In this document: one piece after another, positions 38,196 through 46,819 of the stretch | Layout: each line of letters begins with the position of its first letter | Numbering within the stretch: position 1 is the first letter of the stretch | DNA from: an uncultured Alphaproteobacteria bacterium | GTDB lineage: Bacteria > Pseudomonadota > Alphaproteobacteria > HIMB59 > GCA-002718135 | NCBI GenBank assembly: GCA_902553945.1 | Contig: CACDMT010000001.1 | Coordinates: 7,239 to 71,238 of the forward strand | Direction: 5' to 3' | Length of the DNA: 64,000 nucleotides | The notes under the pieces: generated by a model | Told to the model about the DNA's origin: nothing | Seen by the model: only the letters and a program-made list of their open reading frames with translations | Databases searched by the model: none | Made by a program: the position numbers and the translations under genes

Positions 38196-39228
38196 AAAAA
38201 TTTTTATACGAAATGATAATAATAAATTATTTTTATACGGTTATAATTTACACACAGAAAACCCAGGTGATGAGCTGCCATTAAGTGATATTTCTAGACC
38301 ACATATGCGATGGAACCCATCTAGAGAAGAATGGGTAACGTATTCATCAAGAAGAAAAGATAGAACTTTTTTTCCACCAAAAGAATATTGCCCTCTTTGT
38401 CCTGGTGCTAATTTAAATTATCCAACTGAAATTCCTTTTTCAAATTTTGAGGTAGCAGTTTTTCCTAATAGATGGGCAAGTTTCAATTCTCATGCAGATA
38501 ATGTAACTATAGAAAATATATATACAAAACCATCAAAAGGGGAATGTGAAGTTGTCGTTTATTCATCAGAACACTTAAGTACCTTAGCAGACATGTCTGA
38601 AGAAAGAGTCGAGTTGTTAATTGGAGTTTGGGTAGATAGATATAAAGAGTTATTAAAAATTAATGATGTTAAATATATTCTTCCATTTGAAAATAGAGGT
38701 GTAGAATGTGGAGTTACCCTTCATCATCCTCATGGTCAAATTTATGCTTATCCTTTTATTCCGCCTGTAATTAAAAAGGAAATTGAAGCATTTAAAAAAG
38801 AAAATTTTATAATGAAAATAATTAAAAGTTCAGAAGAAAAGTATTATGTTAATAAAAACGAGCATTTTATTGCTTTAGTCCCACCTTTTGCAAGATACGC
38901 TTATGAAGTTTGGATCGTCCCAAGAAGACAAATACCAGGTCCATGGAAATTTAATAACAATGAAATTAATTCTTTTGCAAAAATTATACAGAAGGTTGTA
39001 AATGGTTATGATAAATTTCTTGAAAAAAAATGTCCTTATATTATGGGATTACATGCATCACCAAAATTAGAAGACGATACTTTTCATTTTCATGTTGAAT
39101 TTTACCCTCCTTTAAGACATGGAGATAAACCAAAAGTACTTGCTGGTTCAGAGTCAATGGCAGGGGTATTTATAATGGATGTTCTTCCTGAGGACTCTGC
39201 AAAGATATTAAGAAAGTTTATGCAATGA
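38179..39228 (+). CDS. galT: Galactose-1-phosphate uridylyltransferase (HIT-superfamily GalT)
   Basis: 349 aa. CPLCPG zinc motif, FENRG, active-site HHPHGQIYAYPF. 17-bp overlap with galE. Confidence 0.85.
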   Translation: MKKIHKKIFIRNDNNKLFLYGYNLHTENPGDELPLSDISRPHMRWNPSREEWVTYSSRRKDRTFFPPKEYCPLCPGANLNYPTEIPFSNFEVAVFPNRWASFNSHADNVTIENIYTKPSKGECEVVVYSSEHLSTLADMSEERVELLIGVWVDRYKELLKINDVKYILPFENRGVECGVTLHHPHGQIYAYPFIPPVIKKEIEAFKKENFIMKIIKSSEEKYYVNKNEHFIALVPPFARYAYEVWIVPRRQIPGPWKFNNNEINSFAKIIQKVVNGYDKFLEKKCPYIMGLHASPKLEDDTFHFHVEFYPPLRHGDKPKVLAGSESMAGVFIMDVLPEDSAKILRKFMQ

Positions 39229-39641
39229 AATCAATTAAGGAAAAAATTACTTATTATAAAGAAAGTCTTGATCTATTTGATGATGGAATGGAAAAGTATA
39301 AATTCTTAATTGATCAAGCTAAAAATGCTAAAAGATTTCCAGAAGAATTTAGAAATGAAACATTTAAAGTTTCTGGCTGTCAAGCACAAGTATGGTTAGT
39401 CCCAATTTATGATAATAATAAATTATCATTTCATTATGATTCTGATGCTTTTATTTCTAAAGGAATGATTACTATTTTATGTGATATTTATCAAAACAGA
39501 GAGCCTGAAGAAATTATAAATTCTGATTTTACTCTTCTTAATATGTTGGATCTTGACATATTATTAACACCAGGAAGAAGAAATGGGGTTTATTCAATGT
39601 TAGAAAAAATTAAAGAATATGCTAATTCATATTTAAAATAG
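39225..39641 (+). CDS. sufE: SufE-family sulfur acceptor protein
   Basis: 138 aa. VSGCQAQVWL active-site cysteine motif and DSDAFISKGM segment. ATGA overlap with galT. Confidence 0.8.
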   Translation: MKSIKEKITYYKESLDLFDDGMEKYKFLIDQAKNAKRFPEEFRNETFKVSGCQAQVWLVPIYDNNKLSFHYDSDAFISKGMITILCDIYQNREPEEIINSDFTLLNMLDLDILLTPGRRNGVYSMLEKIKEYANSYLK

Positions 39642-39716
39642 TAATAACAACAAAGTCAGTTAATAAATAATAATACCAGTGTAATTTTTTACAAAGAGTA
39701 TAAATCATTATTTAAA

Positions 39717-40586
39717 ATGAAAATATTGTTATTAGGTGTTTTATTAATCTGTCTTAATGGATTTACTGGATCAACTTTTGATGCAATAACTAAATTTTTA
39801 AGTATTAATAATTATAAGTGGTTTCATTATTATTCTATAGGTTTAACAATAGCACTTATAACTTTAATAATATTTTTAAGTTTTCAAGGTGGTATTAAAA
39901 AACATATTTTATTAGAAAAGAAGCAATATTATTTTTTACCCTTATTAAGAGGTTTTCATTTTATTATCATTACACCAATAATATTTTATTCACTAAAGTA
40001 TATGCCTATAAATATTTTTACTACAATAGTAATGACAACTCCTTTCTTTCTGATAATTTTTGCAAAATTTATTTTAAATGAAAAACTTAACACTATAAGT
40101 TGGATATCTATAATTATAGGATTTATTGGTGTTATAGTAGTTTTAAAGCCTACTATTACGAGCATAAACATTTATATATTTCTTGTCTTATTTGTTGCTA
40201 TATCAAATGCTTTAAGTTTTACAGTAGTCAGTAAATATTCATATATGGCCACAACTTATGGTTTTACTTTTTATGCTTTTCTCCTTCCTACTCTTTTTTC
40301 ATATTTATTTTTTTTTACTAACCCAATGATACCTTCAGGAAAAGAATTTTTATTATTTGCTAGCTCTGGAATAATATTAATGATTTCTGCTTGGGCCTTC
40401 ACTGCTGCCTTTCATATTGCAGGTAAATATAGCAGTATAATAAGTCCTTTTGTTTTTTTACAAATATTGTGGGGCACTTTATATGGAATTATTTTCTTTT
40501 CTGAAAAGATTAGTACTTTATCTATTATAGGAATTTTTATAATAATAACTTCTGGCTCAATTGCCATTTATAATAAAAATAAATAG
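39717..40586 (+). CDS. EamA/DMT-superfamily transporter
   Basis: 289 aa, about 10 TM segments arranged as two similar halves, typical of the drug/metabolite transporter family. Confidence 0.65.
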   Translation: MKILLLGVLLICLNGFTGSTFDAITKFLSINNYKWFHYYSIGLTIALITLIIFLSFQGGIKKHILLEKKQYYFLPLLRGFHFIIITPIIFYSLKYMPINIFTTIVMTTPFFLIIFAKFILNEKLNTISWISIIIGFIGVIVVLKPTITSINIYIFLVLFVAISNALSFTVVSKYSYMATTYGFTFYAFLLPTLFSYLFFFTNPMIPSGKEFLLFASSGIILMISAWAFTAAFHIAGKYSSIISPFVFLQILWGTLYGIIFFSEKISTLSIIGIFIIITSGSIAIYNKNK

Positions 40587-40592
40587 AATAAA

Positions 40593-41024
40593 TTAATACT
40601 GTGGTTTAATGGTTATTAATTTTTCATCAATCCACGAAGTTATGCCATTTTTTGCATTATAAATAACATTATTAAATTTTTTTATTTCCATCATTTTGGC
40701 AATTATCTTAGTTCTTCTTCCAGTTCTACAAATTAAGATTATTGGCTTACCTTCATCTATTTCTAAACGTAATTTTTCATACCATTCATCATAATTATAA
40801 TTTCCATCTTTATCAAAAAAGGTAAGCAGAATGCTTTTTGGAACAACTCCAGTTTGGTCCCATTCAGAACTTCTTCTTATGTCTACAATTGGAATATTAT
40901 TTTTTGATAATTCTTTAATTTGCTCATTATTTACATCGACAATATCTGCAAATGCAAATTTTATAGTTAATAAAAAACCTATAAATTTTATAAAAAATCT
41001 AATTAACATTATATTTACTCTCAT
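40593..41024 (-). CDS. Rhodanese-domain sulfurtransferase, probably exported
   Basis: 143 aa with a hydrophobic N-terminus (alternative start Met at 41009). Active-site loop ILICRTGRRT (CRxGxR). Confidence 0.75.
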   Translation of the reverse strand: MRVNIMLIRFFIKFIGFLLTIKFAFADIVDVNNEQIKELSKNNIPIVDIRRSSEWDQTGVVPKSILLTFFDKDGNYNYDEWYEKLRLEIDEGKPIILICRTGRRTKIIAKMMEIKKFNNVIYNAKNGITSWIDEKLITIKPQY

Positions 41025-41182
41025 AAAAAATACTACTTAATCAAATATGAATCAACATTAATATATTTTGAATCTTTGAATTATTTTTGGATTCCTCGAT
41101 GACAAACTTTCCTATTATCCCATGTATTTTCATGTTACTATTTACTTAGAAACATAAGGATATATTAGGGAACTTAAACAAA

Positions 41183-41267
41183 GGGAGTATGGCGGAACTG
41201 GTAGACGCGCCGGATTCAAAATCCGGTCACTTCGGTGGTGTGGGTTCAATTCCCTCTACTCCTACCA
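41183..41267 (+). tRNA. tRNA-Leu (anticodon CAA), class II with long variable arm, CCA encoded
   Basis: Hand-folded. Acceptor GGGAGTA/TACTCCT (terminal G-U), anticodon stem CCGGA/TCCGG with loop TTCAAAA, variable arm TCACTTCGGTGG, T-arm GTGGG-TTCAATT-CCCTC (one mismatch), 3' ACCA. Confidence 0.9.
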
Positions 41268-41280
41268 TAGTTTATAAATA

Positions 41281-41865
41281 ATGAAAATTTTTCGAAACCT
41301 GTATAATTGGACATTAAAAAAATCTTCTCAAAAAGAAGCTCCTTGGTTTTTAGCACTTATATCATTTGCAGAAAGCTCTTTTTTTCCGATACCCCCAGAT
41401 ATTATATTAATTCCAATGGCTTTAGCTCAAAGAACAAAAGCTTTTTTATATGCATTAATATGTACATTATCATCTGTGGTAGGAGGTATTTTTGGATATT
41501 TAATCGGTTATTTTTTATTTAATAGCATTGGAATAATTTTAGTTGATTTTTATGCTTTAAATGAATCTATTGAAAAATTTCAAAATTACTATCTTCTATA
41601 TGGGGCATGGATAGTTATTATTGCAGGATTTACTCCATTTCCTTTTAAGGTCATAACTATTGCAAGTGGACTTTTTCAATTAAATATTTTCATTTTTATT
41701 TTTTGTTCAGTAATTTCTAGAGGTGCAAGATTTTATATAATAGCATTACTTCTTAAAGTATTTGGAGAAAAAATTAGAATATTTATTGATAAGTATTTTA
41801 ATTTTCTTACTATATTATTCTTTGTATTATTGATAGGTAGTATATTAATTTTAAAAATATTATGA
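41281..41865 (+). CDS. YqaA/DedA-related inner-membrane protein
   Basis: 194 aa. FAESSFFPIPPDIILIPM motif typical of YqaA/SNARE-associated (DedA-like) proteins. 4-5 TM segments. Confidence 0.6.
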   Translation: MKIFRNLYNWTLKKSSQKEAPWFLALISFAESSFFPIPPDIILIPMALAQRTKAFLYALICTLSSVVGGIFGYLIGYFLFNSIGIILVDFYALNESIEKFQNYYLLYGAWIVIIAGFTPFPFKVITIASGLFQLNIFIFIFCSVISRGARFYIIALLLKVFGEKIRIFIDKYFNFLTILFFVLLIGSILILKIL

Positions 41866-42344
41866 TTTTAAAAAACTGGAATTATATATTATTTTTAATA
41901 AGTATTATTTCACTTTCTTTTGCATTAATAGCTGAACACTATTTTAAAATTCAGCCATGTGATCTATGTCTAAAACAAAGACATCCTTATTACATATTTT
42001 TAATTATTTTTTTTATATTATTATTTACGAGTAATTTTTATAAAATTTGGTTATTTATATTAGTGCAATTTGTAACATTATATGGTCTTTTTTATTCAAT
42101 ATGGCATGTGGGAATTGAAAATAAGCTTCTTAAAGCGCCATCTGTGTGTTCAACTGGTCTTTTACAGTCATCTAATGTTGCTGATTTAAAAGAGCAAATA
42201 TTAGCCAAAAAAATAATTCCTTGTGATGAAGTTATATGGAGTTTTTTTGGTATTTCAGCTGCTACTATAAATTCAATGGTGCTACTATTTATTTTTTTAA
42301 TAAACGCTATATATATATTAAAATTCTATGGTGAAAAAAAATAA
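41862..42344 (+). CDS. Disulfide bond formation protein B (DsbB family)
   Basis: 160 aa, 4 TM segments. QPCDLCLKQRHPYY first-loop CxxC motif and second Cys pair (VCS...PCD) in the second periplasmic loop. Confidence 0.7.
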   Translation: MILKNWNYILFLISIISLSFALIAEHYFKIQPCDLCLKQRHPYYIFLIIFFILLFTSNFYKIWLFILVQFVTLYGLFYSIWHVGIENKLLKAPSVCSTGLLQSSNVADLKEQILAKKIIPCDEVIWSFFGISAATINSMVLLFIFLINAIYILKFYGEKK

Positions 42345-42894
42345 TAAATTAAAAAAAAAAATTTCTTCTAATAAGAAGACACATCCTGAGATCTTAGAAG
42401 AGATAATAAGAGTTGATCATGCTGGTGAGTATGGTGCAACTAAAATATATGACGGCCAAATTGCAATTTTTGGAAAAAATACAAAAATTGGAAAAACTAT
42501 TCAACACATGGCAGATCAGGAGCAAGAGCATATTAATAAATTTAATGAATTAATATTGGAGCATAGGGTCAGACCTACTGCTCTCTTACCAATTTGGAAT
42601 ATTGCTGGTTTTGCACTTGGAGCATCAACTGCCCTACTTGGAGAAAAGGCTGCTATGGCATGTACTGTTGCGGTTGAAAAAGTAATTGGTGAGCATTATA
42701 ATGATCAATTAGCTTTATTAGAGGATGATCATAAAGAGTTAAAAAAAATAATTTCAAAATTTAGAGATGATGAGTTGGAACATCATGATATTGGAATAGA
42801 ACACGATGCAGAAAATGCACCAGGGTATAAAATTATGACGAAAGTAATAGAATTAGGTTGTAAGACAGCTATAGCTATTTCAAAAAAAGTTTAA
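42328..42894 (+). CDS. coq7: Demethoxyubiquinone hydroxylase (di-iron COQ7 family)
   Basis: 188 aa. RVDHAGEYGA, EQEH, VAVEKVIGEHY, DDELEHH di-iron carboxylate motifs. Confidence 0.85.
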   Translation: MVKKNNKLKKKISSNKKTHPEILEEIIRVDHAGEYGATKIYDGQIAIFGKNTKIGKTIQHMADQEQEHINKFNELILEHRVRPTALLPIWNIAGFALGASTALLGEKAAMACTVAVEKVIGEHYNDQLALLEDDHKELKKIISKFRDDELEHHDIGIEHDAENAPGYKIMTKVIELGCKTAIAISKKV

Positions 42895-43445
42895 TTTTCA
42901 AGTTCAGTATCCCAATACAAATAATCGCGCCAGGTATCATGAAGAAAATTTGGTGGAAAGTTTCTTCCATTATTTTGAAGAAGTATTGATGAAGGCTGAA
43001 AAGGTTTTTTATTTAATTTCATATCAGTATTATGAATTAATCTCCTGCCTTTTTTTAAATTACAAGTTGTACAAGCAGATACAACATTTTCCCATGTAGT
43101 TTTTCCATCTAAACATTTGGGAACTAAATGATCAAAAGTTAATTCATTTGCAGAAAAACGATTTACACAATATTGACATGTAAAATTATCCCTTAAAAAA
43201 ACATTAAATCTTGTAAATGCTGGTTTTCTTTTTGGCGTAACATAATCTTTCAAAGCAATAACACTTGGCAATTTAAATGTTATGTTTGGTGAATGAACTT
43301 CTTGATCATATCTTTCAATAATTGATACACGTTCAAGAAAAACTGATTTTATTGCATCTTGCCAAGAACAAAGAGATAAAGGATAATAAGATAAAGGTCT
43401 GAAATCAGCATTTAATACTAAAGCAGGATTATTAAATATACTCAT
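42891..43445 (-). CDS. HNH endonuclease-domain protein
   Basis: 184 aa. CQYC...FDHLVP...WENVVSACTTCNLKKG HNH zinc-finger nuclease motif. Confidence 0.75.
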   Translation of the reverse strand: MSIFNNPALVLNADFRPLSYYPLSLCSWQDAIKSVFLERVSIIERYDQEVHSPNITFKLPSVIALKDYVTPKRKPAFTRFNVFLRDNFTCQYCVNRFSANELTFDHLVPKCLDGKTTWENVVSACTTCNLKKGRRLIHNTDMKLNKKPFQPSSILLQNNGRNFPPNFLHDTWRDYLYWDTELEN

Positions 43446-43509
43446 TTTATTTTTTATTAAACCAAATCATAAATATTAAATGTTACTATAATATGATGAT
43501 TCGATTGCA

Positions 43510-44184
43510 TTAAATAATTTTTTTAATAAATTCTTGAAATAAATTAATTGTTTTTAATGATATTGTGTGTTTATCATCATCAATTAAATGTGACTCGTAA
43601 GAATAATTATTTTTTTTAAGATAATTTATTGATTTATCAAAATTTACAACTGGTAAAATATTATCTTGAGATCCATGAGAAATAAATATGGGTGTTTTTT
43701 GTAAAATTTTATTTAATTTTTCTTCTTTTTGAATAATTCGTCCAGAAATAATTCCTATACCTGCGAGCCTTTCATTCAATCTTCTTGCTAATTCAAAGGT
43801 AATAATTCCACCTTGTGAAAATCCCATCACAACACAATCATTAATAGTTAAGTTAAGCTGTTCCAATGTATAATTAATTGTTTCCTTTAACTTTAAGATT
43901 GTTGATTCAATTTCTTGATTTATAGATTCATATTCTTTTGGTCCAGCATCAGCAATGTAAACACCTCCGGGATATAAATCAAACCATTGATATCCCATTA
44001 TGTTACCATTAATAATACCGGGTCCATTTAATGATATATAGTGCATTCCCCATTCATCTCTATCTAAAGGCTCAGCTAAATGCATAAAATTAGAAGCATT
44101 ATCTCCATAGCCATGAAGCATTACCATTAATTTTTGAGGCTTATCATGCTTTGAAAATGAGGGGCCTCTAAGTAAATTATCCAT
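43510..44184 (-). CDS. Phospholipase/carboxylesterase-family alpha/beta hydrolase
   Basis: 224 aa. LHGYGDN, nucleophile elbow GFSQGG, and HGSQD. The C-terminal segment has a candidate catalytic His. Confidence 0.7.
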   Translation of the reverse strand: MDNLLRGPSFSKHDKPQKLMVMLHGYGDNASNFMHLAEPLDRDEWGMHYISLNGPGIINGNIMGYQWFDLYPGGVYIADAGPKEYESINQEIESTILKLKETINYTLEQLNLTINDCVVMGFSQGGIITFELARRLNERLAGIGIISGRIIQKEEKLNKILQKTPIFISHGSQDNILPVVNFDKSINYLKKNNYSYESHLIDDDKHTISLKTINLFQEFIKKII

Positions 44185-44245
44185 AATATTTAATATGTAT
44201 GAATTCTTGTTTCATTCAAGAAAAGTTTTATATAAAAAGATATAT

Positions 44246-44440
44246 ATGGGAACAATGCAGATAATACTTGTGCTTTTTATGGCCGCTACACTAGGAATAG
44301 TTATATTTGGGGTAATAGCAATGGCTATAAATGGTAAAATTAACAAAAATCACAGTAATAAATTAATGCGTTTAAGGGTTTTATTTCAAGCAATTGCGAT
44401 ACTAATATTTGTTATAATTGTTTGGTTGGCAAGAAATTAG
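44246..44440 (+). CDS. Twin-transmembrane-helix small protein (HIG1-domain-like)
   Basis: Two TM helices flanking the NKLMRLRVLFQ motif. The track ORF starts at 44195. I prefer an internal Met (44246 or 44255) because it leaves room for a promoter between the divergent genes. Confidence 0.55.
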   Translation: MGTMQIILVLFMAATLGIVIFGVIAMAINGKINKNHSNKLMRLRVLFQAIAILIFVIIVWLARN

Positions 44441-44500
44441 GGAAAATTTAGAGACTGGAAAATATTATCAATTTTTAGTATATATAATTAAAGAGCTAAT

Positions 44501-44683
44501 ATGGGAATTCATTTTAATCACAAATCAAAAGCGGGAGACCGCAAAATGCAAAAAGAGCTAAAACTTAAAATGAAAGCTGAAGAACGTAAAAAAAAACGTG
44601 AAGAACAAGAGCGATTAAAACAAGAAGATGAAATGAAAAAGTTGGAGGAACTTACTAGACCTGACAAACCTCCCACTAAATAA
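44501..44683 (+). CDS. Small lysine/glutamate-rich hypothetical protein
   Basis: 60 aa, highly charged, coiled-coil-like (KELKLKMKAEERKKKREEQERLKQEDEMKK). Occupies an otherwise empty gap. No family recognised. Confidence 0.3.
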   Translation: MGIHFNHKSKAGDRKMQKELKLKMKAEERKKKREEQERLKQEDEMKKLEELTRPDKPPTK

Positions 44684-44701
44684 AGTTTTATTATATCTTT
44701 A

Positions 44702-45511
44702 TTATACTGGATGATTGTTTCTTATAAACTTTTTTAATATTTCTAAAGCTTGTCCTGCTTCCTCTAGTAATATCATATGACCACAGTTTGGTATTATTTC
44801 AACTTCTGATGTTTTAATATGTTCGGCTAATTTTTTTCCCTCTTTTAAAGGACACATTCTATCTCGATCACCAAGAATATTTATAGCTGGACATTTTATC
44901 TTTTTTGCCGCTTCAAAACCATTTTTATAATTATCACAAGCTCTAAAATCAACACCAAGAGCATTTTTAACTGAACCATTAATAACAATTGATCCACCCA
45001 AATTAATATGGTGAAGACCAGGTACTGGATGGCCACCAAAATGTCCAGCAGGACCATGAGCCCAATCCATCATAAGATCTACTGCCTTAGGGTCTCCTTT
45101 TTCTGCTAAATCTAAAAGTTCAGGATTCATTGGTATTGCTCCAGCTCCTCCCATCAAACCTATAGATTTTATTTTATCTGGAAACTGTGAAGCACATTCC
45201 AAAACAACCAAACAACCTTGTGAATGACCAACTAAAGAGGCTTCTTCCATTTCAACTGAGTCAATTACATCTGCAATCCATTTTCCTTGTTCTTCAATAG
45301 ACTCTAATGCAGGGCCCTCTGAATACCCATGTCCAGGAAGATCAATTGCTAAAACACTATAACCATGAAATGCAAAATACCTAGTTTGTAAAACCCATGT
45401 TATATGACTTAATCCACTACCATGAATAAAAATAATAAGAGGTTTTTTTTTATCAAATGGCCTTCCTCCAGTAGATGCAAAAACCTCTTTATTATTTACT
45501 TTAAACTTCAT
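44702..45511 (-). CDS. Alpha/beta-fold hydrolase
   Basis: 269 aa. HGSG oxyanion region, nucleophile elbow GHSQG, C-terminal CGHM. ATGA-type 4-bp overlap with metY. Confidence 0.75.
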   Translation of the reverse strand: MKFKVNNKEVFASTGGRPFDKKKPLIIFIHGSGLSHITWVLQTRYFAFHGYSVLAIDLPGHGYSEGPALESIEEQGKWIADVIDSVEMEEASLVGHSQGCLVVLECASQFPDKIKSIGLMGGAGAIPMNPELLDLAEKGDPKAVDLMMDWAHGPAGHFGGHPVPGLHHINLGGSIVINGSVKNALGVDFRACDNYKNGFEAAKKIKCPAINILGDRDRMCPLKEGKKLAEHIKTSEVEIIPNCGHMILLEEAGQALEILKKFIRNNHPV

Positions 45512-46818
45512 TTATTAGCTACCAATCTTGGTTTTTTTGCTGCTCTAAAACCATCTTCAAAATCATTGATAATATCATCAATGTCTTCAATCCCTACTGA
45601 AAGTCTAATCATATCATGAGACATGTTTGCTAATTTCAAAGTGGCTTCATCCATTTGTGAATGTGTCGCTGATGCTGGATGAATAACAAGTGTTCTTGTA
45701 TCACCAACATTTGCTAAATGAGAAGCTAGCTTAACGTTATCGATAAATGCAGCTCCTGCTTCTTTTCCTCCTTTAATACCAAAAGCAATCATTGAACCAG
45801 TACCTTTAGGTAAAAGTTTTTTTGCTAACTCATAGTCAGGATTATCTTTAAGGCTTGCATGAGAAACCCAAGCAACACTCTCGTGATTACTTAAATATTC
45901 AACCATCTTTAATGCATTTGAACAATGTTTTTCCATTCTTACAGATAAAGTTTCAATTCCTTGAAGAACATTCCATGCATTTTGAGGGCTTAAGCATGGG
46001 CCCATGTCTCTCATTCCTTCAGCTCTAGCTTTCATTGTAAAAGCTACTGGACCAAATTCTTCTGCAAAAGATAAGCCATGATAACCTTCATAAGGTTCAG
46101 TCATGGTTGGAAATTTATCAGTTTTAAGAAAATCAAATTTTCCTCCTTCTACCAATATTCCCGCCATTGAAGATCCATGACCAGCCATCCATTTCGTTAA
46201 AGAATGAATAACAAAATCCGCACCATGTTCTAATGGCTTAAATAAGTATGGTGTTTGATAGGTGCTATCAATTACTACAGGTATGCCAGCTTCATGAGCC
46301 ATTTTAGATATCTCTGGCAAATTCATTAGTTCATTACCTGGGTTACCAACTAATTCTCCATAAATACATTTAGTATTTTCTTGTATAGCGTTTTTGAATC
46401 CTTCCGTATCTCTTGGTTTAACAAAAGTTGCTTTAATACCAAATTTAGGAAGAGTTAAACGAAATAGATTTACAGTTCCTCCATATAATTGAGAAGATAC
46501 TACTACATGATCTCCAGCATTACATAATGTCATAATGGTTAAAAAAATAGCACTCATACCGGAAGCTGTAGCTAAAGCTGCTGTTCCTCCTTCTAATGCA
46601 GCAACTCGTTCTTCTAAAACTTGAACTGTTGGATTTGAAATTCTGCTGTATATATGACCACCACGCTCTAAATTAAATAAAGCAGCTGCATGGTCAACAT
46701 CATCAAACATATATGATGTAGTTTGATATATCGGCACTTGTCTAGAGCCTGCATTTTTACTTGGCATGTAGCCAGCATGCAAACTCAACGTATCAAATTT
46801 ATAAGTTTTTGGATCCAT
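45508..46818 (-). CDS. metY: O-acetylhomoserine (thiol)-lyase / sulfhydrylase
   Basis: 436 aa. TLSLHAG, IYSRISNPT, HSLTKWMAGHG (PLP-lysine), and DTRTLVIHPASATH typical of the MetY/Cys-Met PLP family. Confidence 0.9.
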   Translation of the reverse strand: MDPKTYKFDTLSLHAGYMPSKNAGSRQVPIYQTTSYMFDDVDHAAALFNLERGGHIYSRISNPTVQVLEERVAALEGGTAALATASGMSAIFLTIMTLCNAGDHVVVSSQLYGGTVNLFRLTLPKFGIKATFVKPRDTEGFKNAIQENTKCIYGELVGNPGNELMNLPEISKMAHEAGIPVVIDSTYQTPYLFKPLEHGADFVIHSLTKWMAGHGSSMAGILVEGGKFDFLKTDKFPTMTEPYEGYHGLSFAEEFGPVAFTMKARAEGMRDMGPCLSPQNAWNVLQGIETLSVRMEKHCSNALKMVEYLSNHESVAWVSHASLKDNPDYELAKKLLPKGTGSMIAFGIKGGKEAGAAFIDNVKLASHLANVGDTRTLVIHPASATHSQMDEATLKLANMSHDMIRLSVGIEDIDDIINDFEDGFRAAKKPRLVANK

Positions 46819-46819
46819 A

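Noticed and set aside
41025-41280. tRNA-Leu as a possible integration site marking the edge of a genomic island.
   Set aside because: There is no integrase, excisionase or phage gene on either side. I did not see a direct repeat of the tRNA 3' end elsewhere in the window, although this was an eye scan and not exhaustive. The sugar island ends about 4-6 kb away, with ordinary genes in between.
41307-41522. Alternative-frame 71-aa ORF within the YqaA/DedA-like gene, and the 60567-60776 ORF overlapping rpmA.
   Set aside because: The competing frames (41281-41865; 60491-60748) carry the family signatures. The alternative frames give implausible low-complexity peptides.
42891-43445. HNH endonuclease as part of a defence, restriction or homing element.
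   Set aside because: It is a single small HNH-domain gene with no methyltransferase, helicase, intein or intron context. It is wedged by a 4-bp overlap against coq7, which looks like a conserved chromosomal housekeeping-type HNH protein.
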